NCBI GenBank assembly: GCA_964586155.1
Contig: CAZPHC010000002.1
Location: forward strand, 8,403 to 72,402
Origin: an uncultured Enterobacteriaceae bacterium
GTDB taxonomy: Bacteria > Myxococcota_A > UBA9042
Reading direction: 5' to 3'
DNA length: 64,000 bases
Position numbers and translations under genes: made by a program. Under the pieces are notes generated by a model, which did no database searches, was not told the origin of the DNA, and saw nothing but the letters and a program-made list of their open reading frames with translations. Shown here piece after piece: positions 31,202 to 42,500 of the stretch; within the stretch, counting starts at the first letter, position 1, and each line of letters starts with the position of its first letter.

Positions 31202-32800
31202 ATGGACGCTTTGGTGATGATGGCGGTGATGGCGACGCTGGTGATGTTCAGCTTCGTCCTGCTCGTCTTCAAGCGCTACCGCCGATGCCCGTCGAACCAG
31301 ATCCTGGTCGTCTACGGCAAGGTCGGCGGCGGCCAGTCCGCCAAATGCCTGCACGGTGGCGGCGCCTTCGTCTGGCCGCTGATCCAGAACTTCGCCTACC
31401 TCAACCTCGATCCGCTGCAGATCGAGATCCCGCTCAAGGGCGCGCTCTCGATGGAGAACATCCGCATCAACGTGCCGTCGGTGTTCACCGTCGCCATCGG
31501 CACCGAGCCGGCGGTGATGCAGAACGCCGCGGTGCGTCTGCTCGGGCTCTCGCGCCAGCAGATCATGGAGCAGGCCCGCGACATCATCTTCGGCCAGATG
31601 CGCCAGGTCATCGCCAGCCTCGAGATCGAGAACATCAACCGCGACCGTGACACCTTCCGCCACAGCATCCAAGAGGGCCTCGAGCCCGAGCTGCGCAAGA
31701 TCGGTCTGGTGCTGATCAACGTGAACATCACGGACATCACCGACGAGTCCGGCTACATCGAGGCCATCGGTCGCAAGGCGGCGGCCGAGGCGATCCAGCA
31801 GGCCGTCATCGACGTCGCCGAGCAGCAGAAGCGCGGCGCCATCGGCGTCGCCGCGGCCGAACGCGACCGCGCCATGAACGTCGCCGCCGCCGAGCGCGAC
31901 CGCCAGATCGGCGTCACCGAGGCCAAGCAGCAGCAGGACATCCGCGTCGCCCAGCTCGAGCGCGACCGCGTCGTCGGCGAGCAGCAGGCAGCGATGCAGC
32001 GCGAGGCGCAGGTCAAGGAAGCCGAGCGCGAGAAGCGCGTCCGCGTCGCCGATGCAGAGGCCAGCTCGGTCGAGGGCGAGAACATCGCCAAGGCGAAGAT
32101 CGTCGCGACCAACGCCACGCTCGAGGTCGAGAAGGCCGACGCCATGCAGCGCGCCGAGACCCGTCGCCGTGAGGCCGAGGCGGCCGTCCTCGAAGCGCAG
32201 TACCGGGCCGAGGCCAAGGCGGCCATGGAGCTCGCGCACAAGGTCGAGGCCGAGAAGCGCGCCGAGGTCGAGGCCGTCGCAAAGGCCGAGAAGGCCCGCG
32301 TCATCGTCGACGCCGAAGCCGAGGCCGAGAAGCGCAAGATCGAGGCCAACGCCGAGGCCGCCGCGAACTACGCTCGCCTCGAGGCCGAAGCCCGCGGCCA
32401 GTACGAGATCCTGCGCCAGAAGGGCGCCGGCTTGCGCGCCATCGTCGACGCCAGCGGCAGCGCCGAGGCAGCGTTCCAGCTGCTGGTGCTCGAGCACATC
32501 GACCACCTGGCCGAGCAGAGCGCCAAGGCGATCTCGAACATCAAGTTCGACAAGATCACCGTCTGGGAAGGTGGCAACAGCGACGGCAGCGGCGGCTCGA
32601 CCGCCGGCTTCCTCAAGAGCCTGGCAGGGGCTGTGCCGCCCGTGATGCACATGATGCGCGACATCGGCGGCGTGCAGCTGCCGGAGTCCCTCGGGCGCAT
32701 CATCGACAACGCCGAGGGCGAGGCCAGGGGCGGCGGGGAGGGCGGCAGCACGCCGCCGAGCGCCGGGCCGAAGGTGCCGCCGCCGCCGCCGAAGGGCTGA
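31202..32800 (+). CDS. Flotillin-like SPFH/Band-7 protein with a long EA-rich coiled-coil
   Basis: It has an N-terminal TM helix, an SPFH core (ILVVYGKVGG...QIEIPLKG...) and an extended Ala/Glu/Arg-rich coiled coil. AGGAGG lies upstream. Confidence 0.9.
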   Translation: MDALVMMAVMATLVMFSFVLLVFKRYRRCPSNQILVVYGKVGGGQSAKCLHGGGAFVWPLIQNFAYLNLDPLQIEIPLKGALSMENIRINVPSVFTVAIGTEPAVMQNAAVRLLGLSRQQIMEQARDIIFGQMRQVIASLEIENINRDRDTFRHSIQEGLEPELRKIGLVLINVNITDITDESGYIEAIGRKAAAEAIQQAVIDVAEQQKRGAIGVAAAERDRAMNVAAAERDRQIGVTEAKQQQDIRVAQLERDRVVGEQQAAMQREAQVKEAEREKRVRVADAEASSVEGENIAKAKIVATNATLEVEKADAMQRAETRRREAEAAVLEAQYRAEAKAAMELAHKVEAEKRAEVEAVAKAEKARVIVDAEAEAEKRKIEANAEAAANYARLEAEARGQYEILRQKGAGLRAIVDASGSAEAAFQLLVLEHIDHLAEQSAKAISNIKFDKITVWEGGNSDGSGGSTAGFLKSLAGAVPPVMHMMRDIGGVQLPESLGRIIDNAEGEARGGGEGGSTPPSAGPKVPPPPPKG

Positions 32801-32814
32801 GGTCTCGTGCGTTG

Positions 32815-33477
32815 CTAGCGGTTGCCGGTGTCCGCGACCGCCAGCTCGAGGCCGCGCTCGGCCTGCGTCAGCCGGCTGCCGCGGATGCTGCGCGGATCCA
32901 TCTGCGCGGCGATCCGCAGCTCGATGGTCTGGCCGGGGCGTCCGGCCGGCAGCGACAGGAAGTCGTCGGTGCTCCAATCCAGGCGGGCGCGGATCGACCG
33001 CTGCTGGGTGCGCAGCGTCAGCGTCGCGCCGCGTTCGGCCGCCTCGGGGCAGGTCGTGACGACCGCACGCAGGCCGTCCCAACCGTCGCGCGTCTGGCTG
33101 CGCACCGCCACGCGCGCGCCCTGGGCCGTGGTCTCGATCGCGCCGAGGCCGTCGGCCTCGATGCCGTCATCCATCGCCAAGGGCTCGAGGTCGCTGAGCT
33201 GGCCGCAGTCGATGCTGAGCTCGCCGGTCCAGTCCACCGCGGCCGCCGCCGTGGTCTGCGGCGCCGTGCGTCGGGGGCCGTCGGTGTGGCCCCAGCGTGC
33301 CGTGACGACGAAGCGACCGAGGCCAGACACGCGGTTGTCGCCGCTGCCGACGTCGACGCGGGGCGCCGGCGTTGGCGGCTCGGGCTGCAACCGGGCGCCG
33401 AGCGCGAAGATGGCGGCCACCGCTGCCGCGAACAGGAGGAGGTGGCGTCGGTCTGCGTGCGCTTGGACCATGCTCAC
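32815..33477 (-). CDS. Hypothetical secreted protein (220 aa) with a signal-anchor
   Basis: GC3 and composition are typical of coding sequence. It has an N-terminal hydrophobic helix and is convergent with the flotillin gene. I recognise no domain. Confidence 0.55.
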   Translation of the reverse strand: MSMVQAHADRRHLLLFAAAVAAIFALGARLQPEPPTPAPRVDVGSGDNRVSGLGRFVVTARWGHTDGPRRTAPQTTAAAAVDWTGELSIDCGQLSDLEPLAMDDGIEADGLGAIETTAQGARVAVRSQTRDGWDGLRAVVTTCPEAAERGATLTLRTQQRSIRARLDWSTDDFLSLPAGRPGQTIELRIAAQMDPRSIRGSRLTQAERGLELAVADTGNR

Positions 33478-33676
33478 CTCGCGTTGGCGGCCCGACCCGC
33501 CGGGCTCCTCTTGAGCCTACGGATCTCTGATGCGCGCGCCAGCAAAACGGATCATCGGCCGCGTAGATTCCCGAGCGGCGGCAATTGCACCGCTGCATCC
33601 CCGGACGATCGCGAGCCGAGGCGTCTGACAATTTGCCGATCACGCGATGTGGAGGCATCCTGTCGGTGGAGGTGCC

Positions 33677-35614
33677 ATGCTGCCCGCTCCTCGGCCACAA
33701 CCCGTCGCTCGCAGCGCCGCCCGGACGGTGCTCTTGCTCGCCGTCGCGGCTGCGTCGCTCGCGACGCCGTGCGCTTCGGCGTGGGCCCAGGAGCCCGACC
33801 AGGAGCCCGAGCAGGCGCAGGGGCCCGAGGCCGGTCAGGACTTCGCGCCACCTCCCGTCCCGACCACCGTCGATGCCAACGCCGACCGGGCGTTGCAAGC
33901 CGACGCCGACGCGCGTGATGACGCGGCGGCGGCCGCTCCCGGCGGTGTCACCTCGATCGGCACCTGCCACGATGGCGCGCTGCCCGGCGGCGTCGAGCTG
34001 CCGCGACAGAGCTCGGCGATGCGCCGTCTGGGCGTGGTCGCAGAGCGCGGCACGGGCTTCGGCACGCCGCGGCTCGTGGCCTTCGTGCTGCGCACCGCGT
34101 CCCGCCTCGCCGCCCTGCCAGAGCATGCCGGGGTGCCGCTGCGGGTCGGCAACCTCAGCGTCCAGGGCGGCGGAACGATGCGCTGGAGCCATAGCCACCG
34201 CGCCGGACGCGATGTCGACTTCCCGCTTTTTGTCCTCGACGGCCGCGGCAAGCCCGCGTCGGTTGACGGCTTCGTCGTGCTCGACGACCACGGCCACGGC
34301 CGCTACAAGCGCAAGCCGTACCGCTTCGACGCGCCGCGCACTTGGAACCTCGTCGCGACGCTGATCAGCGACCCGCGTGTCGACGTCGCACGCCTGTACC
34401 TGTCGGCGTCCCTGACGCGGCTGGTGCTCCAGCACGCCGAGGAATCGGGCGCGGACGCGGCGCTGGTCGAGCGTGCGCGCGTGATGCTCGAGGAGCCGAG
34501 CCACGCCGGCCGACACGACGACCACCTGCATGTGCGGATCTTCTGCGCCGAGTTCGAGATCGGCTCGGGTTGCGTCGACGAGGATGATCGTTGGCCCTGG
34601 TCGCGCGACGTCTCGACCGCCGTCCGCGCCCGCGTCGACGGCGCCAGCGCGCGGCTCGCCGCAGCCCAGCCCAACGTCCGGATCGCCGCTCTCGACGAGC
34701 TCGCCCCGTGGCGCAGCCTCGATCGCGAGGCCTGCACGGCGCTGACCTGGGCGGCCGCCTGGGACGACAAGCCGAAGGTCCGTGAGCGTGCTGTCGCGAT
34801 CTTGCAGCAAGGACGCGTCCCCTGCGCCACGGAGCTGCTGCTCGGGGCGGCCAAGGCCCAGACCAAGCGAACGCTGATGGAGCCGCTGTTGCGGCTGGCG
34901 GTGTCGGTGGCCGATGACGACGACGGCGAGCGACTGGTCGGGCTGCTGAGCGATCGCCCCGAGGGCTTCCGCGTGCCGCTGACATCGACGCTGCGCTCCG
35001 AGATCCGCTCTCGGGCTGCTCGCCGCCTCGCTCTGGTGCCGCATCCGAGCGCTGCGGCGGCGCTCTCGGGCGTCCTGCGGGACCCGCGCCCTGGTTCGCG
35101 TCGCGCCGCTCGGGTCGCGCTCGAGGTCCTTGCCAACCAGCGCTTCGCCGGCCTGGACCACGCGCGGGCGTGGTGGCGCGGCCAGGCGGCCGTGCAGCCG
35201 CTGCGATGGCTGGTCGATGGGTTCCTGCGCATGGGCCTGCCGGCCACCTCGACCGCCTCTGAGCTCGTGCCGGGGCTGCTGGAGCTGCTGCGCGGGCCGG
35301 ATCTGGTCCTGGCGCGCAACGCCGAGCGTGCCCTCGAGATCCTGTCTGGTGGGCAGCGCCTCGCGCACGCCGATACGCCGCGGCATCGGCACCGCGCGTG
35401 GGCACGATTCTGGGCCCATTTTGGCGACCAGCACGCCCAGCAGCGGCTGTCGGAAGCGGAGATCCGGACCTCCCAGGCCCGTGCCGCCCGCGCCGCGCTC
35501 GCCGCGGCCTCGCAACCGTCCGCTGGTGCGTCACGCGCCGGCGGCGCGTCGGATGCGGGGCCAGCCGCCGCGGCGACGCTCGGCTTCCTCATGCCGAGCC
35601 AGCGAGCCGACTGA
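33677..35614 (+). CDS. Secreted penicillin-insensitive murein endopeptidase-like (peptidase M74/MepA-like) N-domain fused to a C-terminal HEAT/armadillo-like helical repeat domain
   Basis: A signal peptide starts at MLPAPRPQPV...ASAWAQ, with GGAGG 4 nt upstream of the ATG at 33677. Candidate Zn-ligand motifs are HSHRAGRDVD and HDDHLHVRI. The C-terminal half is Leu/Ala/Arg helical repeats. Confidence 0.65.
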   Translation: MLPAPRPQPVARSAARTVLLLAVAAASLATPCASAWAQEPDQEPEQAQGPEAGQDFAPPPVPTTVDANADRALQADADARDDAAAAAPGGVTSIGTCHDGALPGGVELPRQSSAMRRLGVVAERGTGFGTPRLVAFVLRTASRLAALPEHAGVPLRVGNLSVQGGGTMRWSHSHRAGRDVDFPLFVLDGRGKPASVDGFVVLDDHGHGRYKRKPYRFDAPRTWNLVATLISDPRVDVARLYLSASLTRLVLQHAEESGADAALVERARVMLEEPSHAGRHDDHLHVRIFCAEFEIGSGCVDEDDRWPWSRDVSTAVRARVDGASARLAAAQPNVRIAALDELAPWRSLDREACTALTWAAAWDDKPKVRERAVAILQQGRVPCATELLLGAAKAQTKRTLMEPLLRLAVSVADDDDGERLVGLLSDRPEGFRVPLTSTLRSEIRSRAARRLALVPHPSAAAALSGVLRDPRPGSRRAARVALEVLANQRFAGLDHARAWWRGQAAVQPLRWLVDGFLRMGLPATSTASELVPGLLELLRGPDLVLARNAERALEILSGGQRLAHADTPRHRHRAWARFWAHFGDQHAQQRLSEAEIRTSQARAARAALAAASQPSAGASRAGGASDAGPAAAATLGFLMPSQRAD

Positions 35615-35616
35615 GG

Positions 35617-36543
35617 TCAGCGATTCGCTTCGGCAGCGTGGGTCGACGCCGTGGCGGCGGCGGCCGTGAACGCGGCATCCGAGGCCTGCAACAAACCCTG
35701 CATCTGCGCGCGGATCGTGGCGTTGCCCGCGAGCGCCAGCCCGGCGAAGGGGTGCCAGGTCCCATCGCCGGCCCAGCCGCTGACCTCGCCGCCGGCAGCC
35801 CGGACGATGGCCACGCCGGCCGCCAGATCCCAGGGCTGCAGGCCGTCCTCCCAATAGGCGTCCAGCCGGCCCGCCGCGACTTCGCACAGGTCCATCGCCG
35901 CCGACCCGCCTCGGCGCACGCCCTGAACCTGCAGCAGGGCCGCCCGCAGGCGCGCGAGGATGAGGTCCAGGCGCGAGCGACGATCGTAGGGGAAGCCCGT
36001 CGCGACCAAGGCGTCCTCGAGGCTGGCGACGCGGCTGACCGCGATGCGCTCGCCGTTGCAGGTCGCGTGGACGCCCTCGCCGCCGACGTAGGTCTCGCGC
36101 CGCGCCGGCGCGTGGACCACGCCCAGGACCGGCACGCCGTCGCGCAGCAGGCCGATGCTGACGCAGAACTGGAGGTAGCCGTGGGCGAAGTTGGTCGTGC
36201 CGTCCAGCGGGTCGACCAGCCACGCGTATCGCGCCCCGTTGGCGCGCGCCTGCAGCGCCGCGCGGCCGTCGGCGCCGTCCGACTCCTCGCCGATGACGAC
36301 GTCGCCCGGGAAGGCGAGCCGCAGCTCGGTCAGGACACAGGCCTCGCTCTCGCGATCGGCGACGGTCACGAGATCGACGGCCGCCTTCTTCTCGATGGCC
36401 TCGAGCTTGCCGAGGTGGCGCATCAGGATGCCGCCGGCGGCCTCGGCGGCGCGCAGCGCGATCTTCAAGCGCGCGGTGATCTCGGCGTCGGGCTGCGCGG
36501 ACGCGGGCGCCGGCCCGCCGACGTGGGCGTGGGGATCGGTCAC
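35617..36543 (-). CDS. inositol monophosphatase family protein (SuhB/CysQ-like)
   Basis: The IMPase signatures WLVDPLDGTTNFAHG and DLCEVAAGRLDAYWE are present. The start is a GTG. Confidence 0.9.
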   Translation of the reverse strand: MTDPHAHVGGPAPASAQPDAEITARLKIALRAAEAAGGILMRHLGKLEAIEKKAAVDLVTVADRESEACVLTELRLAFPGDVVIGEESDGADGRAALQARANGARYAWLVDPLDGTTNFAHGYLQFCVSIGLLRDGVPVLGVVHAPARRETYVGGEGVHATCNGERIAVSRVASLEDALVATGFPYDRRSRLDLILARLRAALLQVQGVRRGGSAAMDLCEVAAGRLDAYWEDGLQPWDLAAGVAIVRAAGGEVSGWAGDGTWHPFAGLALAGNATIRAQMQGLLQASDAAFTAAAATASTHAAEANR

Positions 36544-36556
36544 GGTGCGGGCTCGC

Positions 36557-39500
36557 TTACTTGCCGGTGATGCTGACGTCGTCGATCCGCCACGTCATCG
36601 TGCCGAGCGTCGTCGCGCTGATGAAGAAGCCGACGCGGACCGCACCCTTGCCGACGAGGAACTTGTCGAGCGACAGGATCTGCAGGGAGTTGCCCGGGCC
36701 CGTCAAGTTGACGAAGCCGGCCGAGAGCCAGGTCTTGCCGCCGTCGAGCGAGAGCCGGACGTTGACCTGTGACGGCAGCGAGATGCCGCCCGGGATGCCG
36801 CTGATGCTGTAGTCGAGCTTGAACGAGAGGTTGGCCACCTTGGTCGGGCCGACCGCCACGTCCGGGCCCGTCAGCCACGTCGCGACGGACTTCAGCGTCG
36901 GGAAGTTGCTGGTCACGACCAACTCGGCGCGCTTGTTGCCCGTGCCCGCGAGCTTGAACAGGTCGCTGCCGGTCGTGCCGGGCTCGACGAACGTCGACCA
37001 GCCGCCCTGGGTGAAGCTCGTGGCGTAGCTGTTGAAGGTCTCGAGCCAGGGCAGGGCGCTGCCGTCCTCGCAGGCGTCGCCCGTGCCGTTGCCGTTGTTG
37101 TCCTTCTGGTCGGGGTTCGACACCAAGGGGCAGTTGTCCTGGCCGTCGACGATGCCGTCGTTGTCGTCGTCGCCGTCGCAGGCGTCGCCGATGCCGTCCT
37201 TGTCGTTGTCGGCCTGGCTGGCGTTGGCGAGCAGCGGGCAGTTGTCGGCCGCATCGAGGACGGAGTCGCCGTCGTCGTCGCTGTCGCAGGCGTCGGCCGT
37301 GCCGTCCTTGTCGGTGTCGAGCGCAGTGCTGCCGGGCGCCGAGATGGCGAAGTCGTCGATGAGCACGCCGAGGTACTTGTCGTTCTCGACGCCGTCGACG
37401 CTCTCGAAGCGGAAGCGGAAGCGCACGCGCTGCCCGGCGTACTTCGACAGGTCGACCAGCTGCACGGCCCACTTCTGCACCACGGTGTTGGCGCCCTTCT
37501 GCATCAGCACGGTGTAGGCGGCGAAGCCGTCGGTCTCGGTCGCGATGGCCAGCGAGACCTTGTCGTAGGTCGTGCCGCCCTCGATGGCGAACAGGTAGCG
37601 ATAGGCCAGCGACAGCACCTTCACCGGCGGCAGCTCGACGACCGGCGAGGTCGCGTCGCCCTGGTTCGGCGTCCCGCCCGAGTCGAAGTTGACGCCGTTG
37701 CCGTAGTAGAGCGCGCCAGGCGGCGACCAGGACTCGACCTCGCTGCGCTGCCAGCCGACGTTCTGGGTCTTGGGCGAGAAGGTCCAGCCCTCGGTCGAGC
37801 TGTCCCAATGCCACAGCAACACGGCGGATTCGTCGGTCTTGCCGTTGCAGTTGTCGTCCTTGCCGTTGCAGGGCAGGTCGATCGCGTAGGGGGCGCCCGG
37901 ATCCTTGGGCGCGCAGTCGCTGACGTTCGGGTAGCCGTCGCCGTCGATGTCGTTGTCGCAGACGTCGCCTAGGCCGTCGCTGTCTGTGTCGGTCTGGTCC
38001 GGGTTCGGCGTCTGCTTGCAGTTGTCGCAGGCGTCGCCGCGGCCGTCGCCGTCACCGTCGGTCTTGCCGTCGTCGGGCGTCGCCGGGCAGAGGTCACAGG
38101 CGTCGCCGACCAGGTCACCGTCGGCGTCCTGCTGGCCGCTGTTCTTGATCAGCGCGCAGTTGTCGTTCGGATCGAAGATGCCGTCGTTGTCGTCGTCGAG
38201 GTCGCAGGCGTCGCCCTGGGCGTCGCCGTCGGTGTTCAGCTGCGTCGGGTTGAAGACGTTGGCGCAGTTGTCCTTGGCGTTGGCGACGCCGTCGTTGTCG
38301 ATGTCGTCGTCGCAGGCGTCGCCGGTGCCGTCCTTGTCGGCGTCCTGCTGGCCCGCGTTCGCCGTCGTCGGGCAGTTGTCGCTGGCGTCGCAGATGCCGT
38401 CCTTGTCCTTGTCCGGGCAGCAGGCCGGCGAGCTCGACGGCTGGTGGCCGCAGATACCGCTGGCGCAGAAGTCGATGGTGCACTTGTCGTTGTCGTTGCA
38501 GTCGACGTCGTCGAAGCATTCGACCGGCTTGACGCATTGGCCCTGCACGCATTGGGTGCCCGCGCCGCAGGTGCCGCAGCTGCCGTTGCAGCCGTCGCTG
38601 CCGCAGACCTTCTTGCCGCACTGCGGCACGCATTTGGGCAGGCAGAGGCCGACCGCGTCGTTGCATTGCGTGTCGGCGCTGCAGGTGCCACAGCTGCCAC
38701 CGCAGCCGTCGCCGCCGCATTGCTTGCCCTTGCAGTTGGGCGCGCATTGGCATTGACCGACGCTGCTGCAGTATTGGTCCGCCTTGCAGCTGCCGCAGGT
38801 GCCGCCGCAGCCGTCGTCGCCGCAGACCTTGCCCGAGCACGTCGTCTTGCACGGGCACAGGCCGCAATCCTGCGGGCAATTGTCGCAGGTCTCGCCGTTG
38901 GTCGGGTCGCATTGCAGGTTGCCGCACGACGGCGTCGGGCAGCAGTCCTTGGCGCAGCTCGCGCAGGACTCGCCGACCTCGCAGGTGCCGTTGCCGCATT
39001 GCAGCGGGCAGATGCCGCAGTCGGTCGGACAGCCGCCGCAGCTCTCGCCCGGCGAGCAGCTGCCGTCGCCGCAGACCGACGGGCAGGCGCCGCAGTCCTT
39101 GGTGCACGTCTTGCAGTCCTCGCCGTCGACGGGCTTGCAGACGCCGTCGCCGCAGCCCTTGGGGATGACAGCGCAGGCGCCGTTGGCGTCGCACGCGGTG
39201 CCACCCGGGCACAGGCCGCAGGTGCCGCCGCAGCCGTCGCTGCCGCATTGCTTGCCGTCGCACTTGGGCACGCAGGTCTGGCCGCAGCCGCCGCAGCTGC
39301 CCTTGCATTTGTCGACGCAGCTGGCGTCCCAGGCCGTGGCGCAGCAGAAGGGATCGAGGTCGCAGACGCACTTCTCGCAGCCGCAACCGTCGCAGCCGGC
39401 CTTGGGCGACTTGGTGCAGCCGTCGTTGACCGGGCAGGCGCCGCAGTCGATCGCGCAGCTGCTGCAGGTCTCGCCGCCGGTGGTGGCGCAGGCGCCGTCG

Positions 39501-42500
39501 CCGCAGATCGGCGCGCAGGTGCCGCAGTCCGAGGCGCAGGACTTGCAGTTCTCGCCACCCTTGGGGTCGCAGAGGCCGTCGCCGCACTTGGCCGGGCAGT
39601 TGAAGGCGCAGTCCTTCGGGCAGGTCGTGCAGTCCTCGCCCAGCAGGACCTCACATTGGCCGTTGCCGCAGACCGCCGGGCAGGCGCCGCAGTCGCTGAC
39701 GCAGGTGCTGCACGTCTCGCCGAGCGCCGCCTCGCACTTGGCGTCGCCGCAGGTCGCGCCGCACTTGCCGCAGTCGCCGGGGCAGCTCGAGCAGGACTCG
39801 CCGGGGCCGCACGTGCCGTCGCCGCAGGTGCCGGGGCACGCGCCGCAATCCTTGCTGCAGGTCTTGCAGCTCTCGCCTTGCTGCACCGCGCACAGGCCGT
39901 CACCGCAGACCGGGCCACAGGGGCCGCAGTCCTTGCTGCAGCTCGAGCAGCTCTCGCCGGCGGCCGCGTCACACTTGCCGTCGCCGCAGGTCACGGGGCA
40001 GGGGCCGCAGTCCGCCGCGCAGCTGCTGCAGGTCTCGCCCTGCTCGCAGGTCTTGTTGCCGCAGACACCCTTGCAGCCACCGTCGCATTGGGTGGCGCAG
40101 AGGTTGACGCAGATGCCGTCCCACGCGCTGTTGCAGCAGAACGCGTCGAGCTTGCACACGCAGGACTCGCAGCCGCAGCCGCCGCAGCCGGGGGTCTGGG
40201 TCGTCGTGCAGCCGTCGCCGCAGCTGCCGCAGTCGGCCGGGCATGCCTTGCAGTCCTCGCCGCCGAGCGCGTTGCACACGCCGTCGCCGCAGCCGGGGCC
40301 GCAGGGGCCGCAATCCTTGGCGCAGCTGGTGCAGGTCTCGCCCGCGACCGCGCTGCAGACGCCGTCGCCGCAGCTGTCGGGGCAGGCGCCGCAGTCCGTC
40401 GCGCAGCTCTTGCAGCTCTCGCCGTCCTTGGGCGTGCACAGGCCGTCGCCGCAGGAGCCGGGGCAGGCGCCACAGTCCTTGGCGCAGCTGGTGCACGACT
40501 CGCCCTGGCTCGGCGCGCAGATGCCGTCGCCGCAGGAGCCGGGGCAGGTGCCGCAGTCGAGCGCGCAGCTGGTGCAGCTCTCGCCCTTGGCCGCTTCGCA
40601 CAGGCCGTCACCGCATTTGGCCGGGCAGGCGCCGCAGTCGCTCGGGCAGCTCTGGCAGCTCTCGCCCGCCGCGGCGCTGCAGGTGCCGTCGCCGCAGCTC
40701 GGTGGGCAGGCGCCGCAGTCGCCGGGGCAGGTCTTGCAGCTCTCGGTGCCGTTGCAGGTGCCGTCGCCGCACGAGGCCGGGCAGTCCTTGCAGTCCTTGC
40801 TGCAGCTGCTGCAGGTCTCGCTGCCGTTGCAGGTGCCGTCGCCGCACGACGCCGGGCAGGCGCCGCAGTCGCCGGGGCAGGTCTGGCACGCCTCGAGGCC
40901 GTTGCAGGTGCCGTCACCGCAGCTGGCGGGGCAGGAGCCGCAGTCCTTGGGGCAGGTCGAGCACGACTCGGTGCCCAGGCATTCGCCGTCGCCGCAGCTG
41001 GGCGGGCAGACGCCGCAGTCGCCGGGGCAGTCCTTGCAGGTCTCGTTGCCGTTGCAGGTGCCGTCACCGCAGGCGGGCGCGCAGCCGCCGCAGTCCTTGG
41101 GGCAATCCTTGCAGCTCTCGCTGGCCTGGCAGGCGCCGTCGCCACAGCTGGCGGGGCAGGCACCGCAGTCGTCCGGGCAGGCGCTGCACGACTCGCTCTT
41201 GCCGGCCTCGCACAGGCCATCGCCGCAGATCGCCTTGCACACGCCGCAATCGCCCGGGCAGCCCTCGCACGACTCGCCGATCTCGGGCTGGCAGCTGCCG
41301 TCGCCGCAGGTCGGGCAGACGCCGCAGTCCTTGTCGCAGCTGGCGCAGGTCTCGCCCTTGTTGGCGTCGCAGACGCCGTTGCCGCAGCTGTCGCAGGCGC
41401 CGCAGTCGGCGTTGCAGCTGGCGCAGGTCTCGCCGTCCTTGGCGCTGCAGACGCCGTCGCCGCAGGCCTTGGGGCAGGTACCGCAGTCCGCCGGGCAGCT
41501 GCTGCAGCTCTCGCCGCCGATGACGTTGCAGACGCCGTCGCCGCAGACCTTGCACGCGCCGCAGTCCGCCGCGCAGGTCTCGCAGCTCTCGCCGAAGGTG
41601 GGCGCGCAGATGCCGTCACCGCAGGCCGCGCAGGTGCCGCAGTCGACCGCGCAGCTGTTGCAGGTCTCGCCGGCCGCCGCCGCGCAGATGCCGTCGCCGC
41701 AGCTCGCCGGGCAGGCGCCGCAGTCAGCCGAACAGCTGCTGCAGCTCTCCTTGGCCTTGGGCTCGCACAGGCCGTTGCCGCAGGTCGCGTTGCACGGGCT
41801 GCCACATTGCTGGCAGAGCGAGGCGCAGGCGTCGTCCCACGCGCCGGTGCAGCACGCAGGGTCGATCTGGCAGACGCAACTCTCGCAGGCGCAACCGCTG
41901 CAGCCCGGGTCGCCGGTGGCCTTGCAGCCGCCGTCGTCGGCGCAGGCGCCGCAGTCCGCCGGGCACTCCTTGCACGACTCGGTCGGCGCGCAGACGCCGT
42001 TGCCGCAAGCCTCGGCGCAGGTGCCGCAGTCGGTCGCGCAGGTGCTGCAGGTCTCGCCCGCGCCGGCGCTGCACAGGCCGTCGCCGCAGCCGCTTGCGCT
42101 GCAGCTGCCGGCCAGACACGTCGTGCCGCTCGGGCAGAGCTTCGCCGGAGTCAGGATGCCCGTGCCGCTCGGCGCGCACTCGACCGCGTAGGGACCCAGG
42201 CAGCTCTTGGCACCCGGCGTGCAGGTCTTGCCGACGCACCAGCCCAGGGTCGGATGGCAGATCTGGTTGCTGCCGCAGTCGCCGTCCACCTTGCACGGGG
42301 CGTTGACGTCGCCGCTGGCACCGTCGGGCTGGGCCGAGGTGTCGGCGATCTGGCCCCCGTCGCCCTGGGTGTCCGCGTAGGGGTTGGTGAAGCCCTTGAC
42401 CGCCTCGTCCTTGCTCGGGCCGCAGCCTGCCAACGCGACGACGCCCGCCAACGCGAGCGCGACGAGCCAACCCGGCGTCGACGATCGCACGGTCGCCGGC

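Noticed and set aside
38784-42191. 1135-aa plus-strand ORF rich in P/Q/S ([12 protein letters not shown]...) and the overlapping 1462-aa A/G/R-rich ORF 38444..42832
   Set aside because: They are reverse-strand shadows of the Cys-repeat lipoprotein gene: Cys codons GCA/ACA read in reverse give Ala, Pro and Gln. They have low complexity, no start context and no homology, and the minus-strand protein has a coherent domain architecture.
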